Origin: a virus
Lineage: Duplodnaviria; Caudoviricetes
Virus record (IMG/VR): IMGVR_UViG_3300028586_000397
Coordinates: 1-49,197 of that record
Reading direction: 5' to 3' (one strand)
DNA: 49,197 bases
In this document: positions 1 to 8,576 of the stretch, piece after piece
Position numbering within the stretch: position 1 is the first letter of the stretch
Layout: each line of letters begins with the position of its first letter
Translations under genes and position numbers: made by a program
Notes under the pieces: generated by a model
What the model saw: the letters and a program-made list of their open reading frames with translations, nothing else
Databases searched by the model: none
Told to the model about the DNA's origin: nothing

Positions 1-499
1 CTACCTGTTCGCCGGCACCATCCGCGACAATATCCGCTTCGTGGCGCCCGACGCCAGCGACGAGGAGATCGTGGCGGCGATGCGCGCGGCGTCCTGCGCC
101 TACCTGCTGGAGCGCTCGCCCGAGGGCCTGGACACCGTGATCGGCGAGCGCGGCATGAAGCTGTCGGGCGGCGAGAAGCAGCGCCTGTCGATCGCACGCG
201 CCCTGGTGCGCCAGCCGGCCCTGCTGATCTTCGACGAGGCGACCTCGGCCCTCGACTCGCTGACCGAGGAGCAGATCACCAACACGGTGCGCGAGATCTC
301 GGCGCGCGCCACGCAAATCACCATCCTCATCGCGCACCGCCTGTCGACGGTGATGCATGCCGACACCATCTTCGTGCTGGAGAAGGGGCAGGTCGTCGAG
401 CAGGGGTCGCACGCGGCGCTGCTGGAGGTGCGCGGGCTGTATTACGCGATGTGGCGCCAGCAGATCGGCGAGCGGCCGGTGCCGCCGGGCAGCGATTGA
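1..499 (+). CDS. ABC transporter ATP-binding/permease protein, C-terminal part (5' truncated by window)
   Basis: LSGGEKQR signature, Walker B LLIFDEATSALD, H-loop IAHRLST; the frame is open back to the window start. Confidence 0.95.
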   Translation, partial: YLFAGTIRDNIRFVAPDASDEEIVAAMRAASCAYLLERSPEGLDTVIGERGMKLSGGEKQRLSIARALVRQPALLIFDEATSALDSLTEEQITNTVREISARATQITILIAHRLSTVMHADTIFVLEKGQVVEQGSHAALLEVRGLYYAMWRQQIGERPVPPGSD

Positions 500-556
500 G
501 GTAGCGACTGAGGCGGCGAATGAGGTAGCGACTGAGGTAGCGACTGAGGCGGCCGC
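497..556 (+). repeat. 12-bp tandem repeat, 5 imperfect copies (TGAGGTAGCGAC / TGAGGCGGCGAA)
   Basis: Units at 497, 509, 521, 533 and 545, beginning at the ABC gene stop codon. Confidence 0.9.
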
Positions 557-689
557 GCCACGCGCGGCGGCCCCTGGTCAGGAGCTGGCAGCCTTCGATG
601 TTGCAGCTCAACAGGTTTTGCTTCAGTATAATCAAGCGCTTTATCCAAATCTGCGCGCGCCGCACCCAACCTCTCTCCTTAGGATGTGT

Positions 690-1421
690 ATGAACCCCGT
701 CGTCAAAGTCATCAGCCTGGCACGTTCGCTCGATCGCAGGCAGTCCTTCTCGGAGAGGAACGCGCACGTCGCATTCGAATTCGCCGACGCCATCGACGGG
801 CGCACCATCATGCACGAGGTCGACAATGCGCCGGACCTGTTCGAGCCGGGCCTGGACTACTCGCCGGGCGCCTTTGGTTGCGCGCTGTCGCACCTGGCGC
901 TATGGCAGGAGGCGGCCGACAACGGCTATCCGGTGACGGTGGTGGAAGACGACGTGGTGCTGCGCCACGACTTCGAAGCGCAAAGCGCAGCCTTGCTGGC
1001 GCAGTTGCCGGAGGACTGGGACATGGTGGTATGGGCCTGGAACTTCGATTCCATCCTGTCGTTGAATGTGATGCCGGGCATCTCGCGCACGGTGATGGTG
1101 TTCGACCAGGACGGGTTGCGCAAGTCGCTGGGGCGTTTCCAGGCCATGCAGGACAAGCCCTGCGCCTTGCCGCTGGACCGCTGCCTGGGCACCCCGGCCT
1201 ACACGATCAGCCCGGCGGGCGCGCGCAAGTTCATGCTCGAATGCTTCCCGCTGGAGAACTTCAACCTTGCCTTCCCGCTGCTGCCGACCCAGGTGCGCAA
1301 CAACGGCATCGACATCGCGATGAACCGGGTGTATCCGGTCACCAATTCGTATTGCAGCATGCCGCCGCTGGCGGTCACGCCGAACGAACACGCGTCGTCG
1401 CTGATCCAGAACCAGCCTTGA
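690..1421 (+). CDS. Glycosyltransferase family 25 protein
   Basis: N-terminal VISLARSLDRR, DAIDG, GCALSH, VVEDD, GTPAYTISPAGA motifs typical of GT25; start chosen at MNPVVK after AGGA. Confidence 0.88.
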   Translation: MNPVVKVISLARSLDRRQSFSERNAHVAFEFADAIDGRTIMHEVDNAPDLFEPGLDYSPGAFGCALSHLALWQEAADNGYPVTVVEDDVVLRHDFEAQSAALLAQLPEDWDMVVWAWNFDSILSLNVMPGISRTVMVFDQDGLRKSLGRFQAMQDKPCALPLDRCLGTPAYTISPAGARKFMLECFPLENFNLAFPLLPTQVRNNGIDIAMNRVYPVTNSYCSMPPLAVTPNEHASSLIQNQP

Positions 1422-1469
1422 GCGTCACGTAACCGAGGCGCCGGCCCGGAGCGGGCCGGCCGGCCTGTG

Positions 1470-2936
1470 TCAGCGTGCCTCGTTCTTCAGGCGCCACATC
1501 GACTTGCGGTCCTGGCGCGCATGGTAGGTCATGACGTCGTGCATGCAGCCCATGTTCTGGCTCAGGTCCTTGTACAGCTCGGTCACGGCCGGCTCGACCT
1601 TGTCGAGGTTCTGCTCGATCTCACGGGTGAGGGCGGCCACGTCGATGCGGTCGAGCACGGCGCGGAAGCCTTCGTGCGCGGCTTCGATCTCGCGGATCGT
1701 GGCCAGCACGCTGCCCGGATAGTTCGGGTACTCGAACACGGGCAGCGCCGAGATGGCGTCGCCCACGTCCTTGACGTCGACCGTCATGCCGCTGTCGACG
1801 TAGTTCGCCATTTCCAGGAAGCCGTTGTTGATCGATGCGTCCGACACCAGGGCGATGGTCGGGATCTGCTCGTCGGCCTTCTTGACGGTGTCGTACTGGG
1901 CCAGGATGTCGCTCTTGTTCTTCAGGTCGTGCAGCAGGAAGGTTTGCGGCTGGAAGCCGGCCGCCTTGTACAGGTGGCCGAGCGACCAGCCGGTTCCGCA
2001 CAGGTCGACCACCAGCGATTTGTCGTCGGCGATACCCTGGAAGTAGCGCAGGTAGGACTCCGACGGATTGATGCGCGCCAGGCGGCTGGTGTAGAAGTAC
2101 TCGGAGTCGACATGCCAGCCGGCGCGTTCCGAGAGCAGGCTGAAGATGCGCGAGAAGTACAGGCAGTCGCGGCTCGAGAACAGGATGTTCCGGATGCCGA
2201 TCTTTTTCGCCAGCAGCTTCAGCACCACCGAGGTCAGCACCAGCATCGGGATGTTGTTGTTGATCTGCAGGAGGCGCTGCGACACCTTCTCGCGGCCCAG
2301 GTGGCTGTCGAGCTGGGTCAGGCGCACTTCGCGCACCACGCGCGCCAGTTGCTCGAAGCCTTCCTTGCGCAGGAAGCTCTCGTGGGCGCTGGGCGCGCTG
2401 TTGGTCAGCTGCTCGGCGAACAGGCCCGCGGCCAGCGGCGAATTGACGTCGGAATGCAGGTTGTCGCCGACGTGCTGCTCGAGCGCCAGCGAGGCGTGAA
2501 TATCGGCCCAGATGCGGCCCGAATGCTTGCCGGCGCTGGAAATGACCAGCCCGACCTGCTTGCGCAGGCCGACCTTGTCGAGCAGGCGCAGGATGGCGGC
2601 GCGCGGCAGGTACATGTCGGTAACCAGGACGTCGCCGTTCTCGACCGCGTCGAGGTTTTCGCGGATGCCGATCGCATTCTCGACTTCGATGTCGATCTCG
2701 AGCCCTTTCAGCATCTCGGCCGTGTCGGCGTCGATGCCGAAATGCGCATGCAGGGCCCGATAGATATCGTCGAGCGTGTAAGGGCCGCCCGCCACCATCT
2801 GCTCGGCGCGGATGCGTTTCTGGATAAAGCCGTGCAGGCGCGCACGTTCCTCGACGGCCAGGAAAATGTTCTTCGGCTCGACGCAACGGCGGGCCAGGAG
2901 GGTATCGAAAATATCGAACGAATGGGGCTTGCGCAT
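1470..2936 (-). CDS. HAD-superfamily hydrolase-like protein (glycan-locus type)
   Basis: SFDIFDTLL motif I, VTDMY, K, HVGDN..SD motif IV; host-like codon usage. Confidence 0.8.
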   Translation of the reverse strand: MRKPHSFDIFDTLLARRCVEPKNIFLAVEERARLHGFIQKRIRAEQMVAGGPYTLDDIYRALHAHFGIDADTAEMLKGLEIDIEVENAIGIRENLDAVENGDVLVTDMYLPRAAILRLLDKVGLRKQVGLVISSAGKHSGRIWADIHASLALEQHVGDNLHSDVNSPLAAGLFAEQLTNSAPSAHESFLRKEGFEQLARVVREVRLTQLDSHLGREKVSQRLLQINNNIPMLVLTSVVLKLLAKKIGIRNILFSSRDCLYFSRIFSLLSERAGWHVDSEYFYTSRLARINPSESYLRYFQGIADDKSLVVDLCGTGWSLGHLYKAAGFQPQTFLLHDLKNKSDILAQYDTVKKADEQIPTIALVSDASINNGFLEMANYVDSGMTVDVKDVGDAISALPVFEYPNYPGSVLATIREIEAAHEGFRAVLDRIDVAALTREIEQNLDKVEPAVTELYKDLSQNMGCMHDVMTYHARQDRKSMWRLKNEAR

Positions 2937-3149
2937 GGCGGTCCTCAGGCTTGTTTCTTCTGGTGGATGGTTCGGATTTGTCGCAAGTTACCATGCCCGG
3001 TCGGCTCCAACAAGCCGGGGCGGCCGGCATGTCCCGGAAGATGCGCACCACCGTGCTGCGGCCGGGGCGCTCGCGGCTGAGGGAAGCGGGCATCGGCTGC
3101 GGTAGAATCGCATCCTTTTCCCTCTCTCACCACACCACCGCGACCCATC

Positions 3150-4088
3150 ATGGCAACCGAACCCAACCATCGCAAGCGGCGTGCACTCGTGACCGGGGCA
3201 AGCGGCTATGTCGGTTCGCAGCTGGCACGGCGCCTGGTTGCGGATGGCTGGGACGTGCACGTGCTGATGCGTCCGGCTTCCGACCTGGCGCCGCTGGCCA
3301 CCGTGCGCGCGGCGCTGACCGTGCACCGCTTCGGCGGCGGTACACCGGCACTCGTCGGCATCCTGCGCGACGCCGCGCCGGATGCCGTCTTCCACCTCGC
3401 CGCCGCTTTCCTGGCCCAGCATCGTCCAGAAGACGTCGAGACGCTGGTGGAAGCGAACCTGCTGTTCTCTACCCAGCTGCTGGAAGCGATGGACGCCGCG
3501 GGCGTGCGCCTGTTGGTGAACACCGGCACCGCCTGGCAGCATTTCGACAACCGGGACTACGATCCGGTGAACCTGTACGCGGCCACCAAGCAGGCCTTCG
3601 AAGCGATTCTTGCGTATTACGTGAACGCGCGCGGTTTCGCGGCCGCCACGCTGGCGCTGTTCGATACCTATGGGCCGCACGATCCGCGCCCGAAGCTGAT
3701 GAAAGCCCTGTGGCAGGCGGCACAGCACGGCAACAGGCTGGCGATGTCCTCGGGCGAGCAGCTGCTCGACATGGTGTATATCGACGACGTGGTCGACGCC
3801 TACCTGGCGGCCGAGCGTGCGCTGCGCGATGCGGGCCCGGTGCAGCTGCGCTACGGCGTGTCGTCGGGCGCGCCGCTGCGGCTGAAGGAACTGGTGGCGG
3901 CGTTCGGCCAGGCCACCGGCGCCCGCCTGGACGTGGGCTGGGGCGAGCGACCCGACCGTCCGCGCGACGTCAGGATCGCGTGGACGGGGTTTGCGCCGCC
4001 GCCCGGCTGGCAGGCGCGCGTGGGTTTTGCGGAAGGATTGCGGCGCATGGCGCAGGCCGAGGGCCTGGCCGCGGTGAAGGACACCTGA
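3150..4088 (+). CDS. NAD-dependent epimerase/dehydratase (CDP-dideoxyhexose synthase-like)
   Basis: VTGASGYVG Rossmann motif, FHLAA, YAATK (YxxxK), DTYGP. Confidence 0.9.
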   Translation: MATEPNHRKRRALVTGASGYVGSQLARRLVADGWDVHVLMRPASDLAPLATVRAALTVHRFGGGTPALVGILRDAAPDAVFHLAAAFLAQHRPEDVETLVEANLLFSTQLLEAMDAAGVRLLVNTGTAWQHFDNRDYDPVNLYAATKQAFEAILAYYVNARGFAAATLALFDTYGPHDPRPKLMKALWQAAQHGNRLAMSSGEQLLDMVYIDDVVDAYLAAERALRDAGPVQLRYGVSSGAPLRLKELVAAFGQATGARLDVGWGERPDRPRDVRIAWTGFAPPPGWQARVGFAEGLRRMAQAEGLAAVKDT

Positions 4089-4110
4089 TTCCCGGACGCC
4101 GCATGTGCGG

Positions 4111-4833
4111 TCAGATCATCCCGCGTTTGACGGCAATCAGGTTGACATCGGTGATCCCTGCAATGACATAGTCCCGGGTGCCGAACAACCGGTAGAACTC
4201 TTCGATTTTTCCGCCATGTTCACACTGGATGATGCTCGGCTGAAAGACCGTGTCCATCGCCGCGATCAGGTCCGCGTCCAGGCCTTCGACGTCGACCGAC
4301 AGGAAGTCCAGGTCTGCTCCATGCCGGCGCATCAACTCGTTGATGTGTACATTCGGAATGGTCAGCTTCTCGACAATCCCTTGCTCCCCACCGAACTGCG
4401 AGAACTTGGAAATATGCTGGACTGATACCGACGATAACTCGTCCTTCTCGTGAACATAAAATTCCACGGTCGCATTGAAGGTATTGGTGACGGCGCAATT
4501 CAGGACCACATCGTTTGGACGCACGCTTGCCAGGCGCTCGGCCAGCTTCGGAATCGCCTCGACCAATACCCCTTTCGCCTCATGGTTCTTGCTGAAGAGG
4601 TAGGTGGCGCTGGTCTGCACAGGATGGTTGGCGCCGATCTCCATGTAGCGGACCGACTGCATCTCCCGGCCGGACCTCAGCATTATTGCGCGCAACAAGG
4701 CCTCGATGATCAAGTCCTCATTGCACTGCGAATAGGTCTCCTGGATATTCGTGGCAATCGGCGCCGGCTCGATGGCAAGCCGTTCACATTCATGGGTAAT
4801 AAACGAATTGTGTGTTGTGTATTTCATCTTCAT
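4111..4833 (-). CDS. FkbM family methyltransferase
   Basis: YSQCNED, EIGANHP, GVLVEA, LSVDVEGLD motifs; GGAG RBS upstream of ATG at 4833. Confidence 0.85.
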   Translation of the reverse strand: MKMKYTTHNSFITHECERLAIEPAPIATNIQETYSQCNEDLIIEALLRAIMLRSGREMQSVRYMEIGANHPVQTSATYLFSKNHEAKGVLVEAIPKLAERLASVRPNDVVLNCAVTNTFNATVEFYVHEKDELSSVSVQHISKFSQFGGEQGIVEKLTIPNVHINELMRRHGADLDFLSVDVEGLDADLIAAMDTVFQPSIIQCEHGGKIEEFYRLFGTRDYVIAGITDVNLIAVKRGMI

Positions 4834-4977
4834 CGACTCCAAAAAATGTGTATCAGGCCCGCTCGGAGCGACGCAAACGACGCCCGGGATGTGGTATGGG
4901 AGCAGCTGCATGATTATAGGCGGTCTTTGTTGCCATGCCGATGGCCTCGCATGCTGAGCCGGCTGGCCCATTGCAGC

Positions 4978-5006
4978 TTGAGAGCATCCTCCACCTCCGG
5001 TAGAAT
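4978..5006 (+). promoter_or_regulatory. Putative native sigma70 promoter of dusA
   Basis: TTGAGA-17bp-TAGAAT about 70 nt upstream of the stranded dusA start. Confidence 0.55.
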
Positions 5007-5075
5007 GCGCCCCTTGCCCATCTTTTCCACGCGTCCATGCCGCTCCGCGGCAAGCCCCAGGCGCGCTCGTACCGC

Positions 5076-5147
5076 ATGACTTATCGCCCCCGCACCCTCA
5101 GTGTCGCTCCGATGATGGACTGGACGGAGGAAGCGGTTTCCTCATAG
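5076..5147 (+). pseudogene. dusA: Stranded native 5' end of dusA (MTYRPRTLSVAPMMDWT then EEAVSS*)
   Basis: Matches the DusA N-terminus at 46319 (MTYGKRKLSVAPMMDWT) and stops shortly after the att core. Confidence 0.92.
5100..5128 (+). repeat. Left attachment junction; core ATGATGGACTGGAC at 5112-5125
   Basis: 25/29 identical to 46343-46371, with mismatches only at third codon positions. Confidence 0.9.
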
Positions 5148-5162
5148 GAAGAGGGTTCTTTT

Positions 5163-5181
5163 TGTAGCAATCTTGTAGCAC
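5163..5181 (+). promoter_or_regulatory. Putative integrase arm-type site (TGTAGCAATCTTGTAGCAC); related copy at 5255-5271
   Basis: Tandem GTAGCA repeat nearly identical to 46217-46235 at the other prophage end. Confidence 0.65.
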
Positions 5182-5369
5182 GCTGATCAATTGCGTGCCG
5201 GATGATCGCCCCCATATGCTAAGGTAAGGCACATCGGGAAACAGAGGGCGTATCCGTAACAATCTGTAGCATAAGTGCCCGTGCTCTAATTGCTCATTTA
5301 CAATAATGGCCTGTTTCTGCTACGCTTGCGCGATTGAAGTTTTTGCACCTTCTTTTCGATGGAGCATCC

Positions 5370-6305
5370 ATGACGGTTGAGGTACTCGACGCTTTCACTG
5401 CCTTGGTAAAAAGCCAAGCTGACCGCGACATCATCTTGATCAGCAGAGCTATTTCACGAGAGCTGCACTACGATCTCTCCAAGCTAGTCGCCTCAGGGAG
5501 GCAGCATGATTTGTGCACCGTCTTTCTGACTACTCGGGGCGGCGATCCTGACGGTGGCTATCGGATGGCCCGGTGCCTTCAGCACCATTACAAACACATC
5601 AGATTGGTTATTCCGAGCCTGTGCAAGAGTGCAGGGACGCTGGTTGCCATTGGCGCACATGAGTTAGTGATTGGCGACTTGGGCGAGCTCGGCCCGTTGG
5701 ATATTCAGGTACGCAAGTCGTCAGAGCTGGAAGAGCGAAGCTCGGGGCTGGACATCATTCAGGCGCTCGGTGCCGCAGAGGGGCATGCTCATCAGGCATT
5801 CCAGAGCGCTTTGATCTCCATCAGACGAGGTGGGCGATTGTCCACTAAACTGGCAGGAGAATTCGCTGCTAATCTGGCGATCGGAATGGTAGCTCCTCTG
5901 TACAATCAGATCGACCCCAATCGTTTGGGGGAAATGCAACGGGCAATGAAAATTGCCACGGATTATGGCGAGCGTTTGAACCGGGCGTCGAAAGCGTTGC
6001 GACCGGATGCGCTCGACACCTTGGTGTCGGAGTACCCGTCACACAGTTTTGTGATCGATAGAAAAGAGGCACAAGACCTTTTTACGTCGGTTCAAAAACC
6101 AACAGCAGAAGAAGCAGAATTTGCAAGTCAACTATGGCACATTCTGGGCGAGCAAATGGGCATAGGACCCATCTTCGTCCGAGATGACAAGCCAAAAACG
6201 GGAGTGGATCATGATGGAATTATTGAAGGCAATGTCGAGCACGAACCAGAAGCAGAGCCAGGAGAAGTCGAACCAGCTCCAGGAGCGCCAGATGCGCAAG
6301 GCTAG
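5370..6305 (+). CDS. ClpP/SppA-fold serine protease (SDH family), prophage moron
   Basis: TTRGGD, CKSAGTLVAIGA (catalytic Ser), ELGPLDIQ, YPSHSFVID motifs; GGAG RBS before ATG 5370. Confidence 0.85.
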   Translation: MTVEVLDAFTALVKSQADRDIILISRAISRELHYDLSKLVASGRQHDLCTVFLTTRGGDPDGGYRMARCLQHHYKHIRLVIPSLCKSAGTLVAIGAHELVIGDLGELGPLDIQVRKSSELEERSSGLDIIQALGAAEGHAHQAFQSALISIRRGGRLSTKLAGEFAANLAIGMVAPLYNQIDPNRLGEMQRAMKIATDYGERLNRASKALRPDALDTLVSEYPSHSFVIDRKEAQDLFTSVQKPTAEEAEFASQLWHILGEQMGIGPIFVRDDKPKTGVDHDGIIEGNVEHEPEAEPGEVEPAPGAPDAQG

Positions 6306-6375
6306 TGAATTTGCCCGGAAGGTGTATGAGCGCCAAGTTGGTCATGAGAACAAACAGAAGACCGCATACGCTTAA
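6211..6375 (+). CDS. Small hypothetical protein (54 aa) overlapping the protease 3' end
   Basis: GGAG RBS at 6201, helical Q/K/E-rich sequence, ends just before a terminator. Confidence 0.55.
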   Translation: MMELLKAMSSTNQKQSQEKSNQLQERQMRKASEFARKVYERQVGHENKQKTAYA

Positions 6376-6389
6376 GCCTCCTGTCCCCC

Positions 6390-6419
6390 AAAAAAGCCCG
6401 CTCTCATGCGGGCTTTTTT
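6390..6419. terminator. Bidirectional rho-independent terminator
   Basis: AAAAAAGCCCGC-TCTCAT-GCGGGCTTTTTT between convergent genes. Confidence 0.9.
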
Positions 6420-6438
6420 ATTGCATTTATCCTGCAGG

Positions 6439-6717
6439 CTAACGCGGCCTTAGTAGCCTGTCGCGGAGGATGCGCTCAACGGCGTCGCCGAGCGTCATGT
6501 CCTTAAACTTAATGTACTTCTCAAGCGCTCGCTGGACTTCCTGCGAGACCACTACCTGGGGAAGCAAGGTCTTGCCCGCTGCCTCCAGTTTCGCAAGTCG
6601 CCGAGCCTGTCGCTGTGAGCCGGTGAGCGCCTTCCCAGTGGGCTTTCTTCCGCGTTTGGGTGCGGACTTCGCTGCTTCCGCAGCATCGTGAGTTGTCTCC
6701 ATCGCCATTACTCCCAT
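6439..6717 (-). CDS. Small basic phage protein, probably DNA-binding
   Basis: KRGRKPTGKALTGSQRQARR basic motif and a ribbon-helix-helix-like C-terminus; start uncertain (6702-6717). Confidence 0.65.
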   Translation of the reverse strand: MGVMAMETTHDAAEAAKSAPKRGRKPTGKALTGSQRQARRLAKLEAAGKTLLPQVVVSQEVQRALEKYIKFKDMTLGDAVERILRDRLLRPR

Positions 6718-6736
6718 AAGGAATTATCGTGAACAT

Positions 6737-6964
6737 TCACGAATTTGCTATGGGCTTTTTTCCTGCCGCCCTGAGCGCGTCAACGTAGGCAGCCACATCG
6801 CGGATGTCCGCGTGCAGTGGATCGCCGGCCATCGGAATAGGGAAGGTGTTTGCGGAACGGTGGTTATACGCCGTCTTGATCGACATGCCGATCGCATTGC
6901 ATACCTCTTTGAGGGTCAAGCGTGGCTTGTTGTAAATCGACAAGAGCATGAATTCGGTTTGCAT
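6737..6964 (-). CDS. Excisionase/AlpA/PrtN-like winged-HTH protein (75 aa)
   Basis: RLTLKEVCNAIGMSIKTAYNHRSANTFPIP HTH pattern; near the end of the early-left operon close to att. Confidence 0.7.
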   Translation of the reverse strand: MQTEFMLLSIYNKPRLTLKEVCNAIGMSIKTAYNHRSANTFPIPMAGDPLHADIRDVAAYVDALRAAGKKPIANS

Positions 6965-7032
6965 TTTAAAACTCGTCTTTGTGTTGGCAGATCCGACCAA
7001 GGCTTTGCCCCGGCCGGCTTCGATCAGGCGCT

Positions 7033-7299
7033 CTAAATTTCCAATATGACGCGGTGCCCGATCCCGATCTTTCCTGGCGTCGGGTGCGGCTGGTACCAGC
7101 AGAGGTAGCGCACGCCATCGTTGTCGCGCATCCAGCACTTGCCGTCGTAGGTGCCGGATGGATAGGTGCTGGAATACTCGGGTAGGCTGGCGATCTGGCG
7201 CCGCGTTAGAAGCACATGCTTGTCGTCCATTGGTGCCTCACGGATGTCGCTCGGCTGACGCCAGTGGCGACCCAGCGGGTCGGTCATTGCCGGGATCAT
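7033..7299 (-). CDS. Hypothetical phage protein (88 aa)
   Basis: ATGA overlap with the upstream gene; MIPAMTDPLGRHWRQP...PSGTYDGKCW. Confidence 0.65.
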   Translation of the reverse strand: MIPAMTDPLGRHWRQPSDIREAPMDDKHVLLTRRQIASLPEYSSTYPSGTYDGKCWMRDNDGVRYLCWYQPHPTPGKIGIGHRVILEI

Positions 7300-7760
7300 G
7301 CGGCACCGCCGTTCGCAGTCCAGTCGGTCATCGGGCTGGCCACGCCCAGTTGCTCGTGATCCCGCACGCCGGCTTCGAGCAGGTCTGCAGTCGCCATACA
7401 CGAGGAACAGTCGCAAAGTTGTCCGCCACATTCGCACTGCATGTAGCCGGCCACATCGAGGATGTCTATCTGCGGCCTGGCTTCGAAGCGAGGTATGCGC
7501 AGGCAACCTTGGCATAAGCAGCGATAGGTAAGCGGCGTAGCGTGCAGCAGCGCTTTCGACAACAGCCAGCTTTCACCAGCATCCATGGCGGCGAGGAAGG
7601 CCTCGAGTTCGGCGGGACCTTCTGCTGCTGGGAAATCGGCACTTGCAATTACCTGGCCGGCTTGCACCAGCTGCAGCTCCCAGCCGCCCCCTTGGGCAGC
7701 TTCGCGTGCACCAACCGCATACGAGTAGTGCGGCAAGGTCGCATCGGTTAGTCGTTTCAT
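7296..7760 (-). CDS. Hypothetical protein with Cys-rich (zinc-binding-like) C-terminus
   Basis: CLCQGC...CECGGQLCDCSSC; translationally coupled in the operon. Confidence 0.65.
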   Translation of the reverse strand: MKRLTDATLPHYSYAVGAREAAQGGGWELQLVQAGQVIASADFPAAEGPAELEAFLAAMDAGESWLLSKALLHATPLTYRCLCQGCLRIPRFEARPQIDILDVAGYMQCECGGQLCDCSSCMATADLLEAGVRDHEQLGVASPMTDWTANGGAA

Positions 7761-8530
7761 TACGCGGCCTCCTGGGTTTTGATCAGCTGCGGCGCCGGCG
7801 CAGGCGTGCTCGAGTCAAAGCCGCCCATGTCGAGCTCGTGCAAGAGGTAGTCGCGGAAAGACTCCACACCGCCACACGCAATCTCATGCAGGATCGCGTG
7901 GTAAAACGCCTTGTCGCGGGCCGGTGGGACGTCGATCACGGTGAAGCGGCGGCAACCTGCTGGAGTAGAGAAGTCTTCTGCTCCGCTCTGGAAAATGAAG
8001 TTGAGCGTGTTCGGGACTGCGCGCGGTTCACGGCCCCTGGAATGAAGGACGATTTCGGAAGCGGTCATGTAGCGCTTCATCCACATTGCGTCGGTCTCCG
8101 AGAAGCAGCCGTCAACAATGACCAACCCGCCGTCGCTGGCCCAGTCGTTGAAGATGTTCTGCAGCTGATAGCTCCGTATCCACGGAGCTTCGTTATGGAA
8201 CAGTTGCGCCACGACGTAGCGCAGAAAAAGAGTTTTCCCAGAACCGGCGCCACCGTTGAAAACGACCGCCGTCGACATGCGTGCGCCTGGTGTGCGCAGC
8301 TGCTGCGCCAGCCACCGGAGAACCCAGATGCGCATGGCGTCGTCATGGTCACAAAGGTGCGCGAGCAGGGTCATGATGTTGCCGAATGGGGCAGGGCGCA
8401 TGTCTGCTGCTGCGTCGAGGTCGCGCACGCTCTTCTGCAGCAGCGCAACGCCTGCAATGGTAGAGGCAGTAAAGCGGCGGACCGCAGCGTTGAATTGAAT
8501 GGCGGCGTTTTTCAGATCGATTTTTCTCAT
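7760..8530 (-). CDS. Stand-alone SF3 (NrS-1/D5-like) helicase domain, degenerate paralog of the phage primase-helicase
   Basis: Walker A GGAGSGKT; collinear similarity to the C-terminal part of 13139-16024. Confidence 0.85.
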   Translation of the reverse strand: MRKIDLKNAAIQFNAAVRRFTASTIAGVALLQKSVRDLDAAADMRPAPFGNIMTLLAHLCDHDDAMRIWVLRWLAQQLRTPGARMSTAVVFNGGAGSGKTLFLRYVVAQLFHNEAPWIRSYQLQNIFNDWASDGGLVIVDGCFSETDAMWMKRYMTASEIVLHSRGREPRAVPNTLNFIFQSGAEDFSTPAGCRRFTVIDVPPARDKAFYHAILHEIACGGVESFRDYLLHELDMGGFDSSTPAPAPQLIKTQEAA

Positions 8531-8576
8531 GGCTTTGTTGTCGTTCGTAGGTGTATAGGGTCATGCAAAACTGCGC

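Noticed and set aside
497-556. CRISPR array
   Set aside because: 12-bp units without spacers and no cas genes
357-689. N-terminal extension of the GT25 ORF
   Set aside because: Overlaps the ABC gene and runs through the tandem repeat; family similarity starts at about 690
1467-3093. Long alternative-frame ORFs (537 aa +, 490 aa -)
   Set aside because: Shadow frames of the HAD-like gene in GC-rich DNA with no motifs
7760-8530. ParA partner of ParB
   Set aside because: Lacks the deviant Walker A KGGxGKT signature lysine and aligns with the SF3 helicase instead
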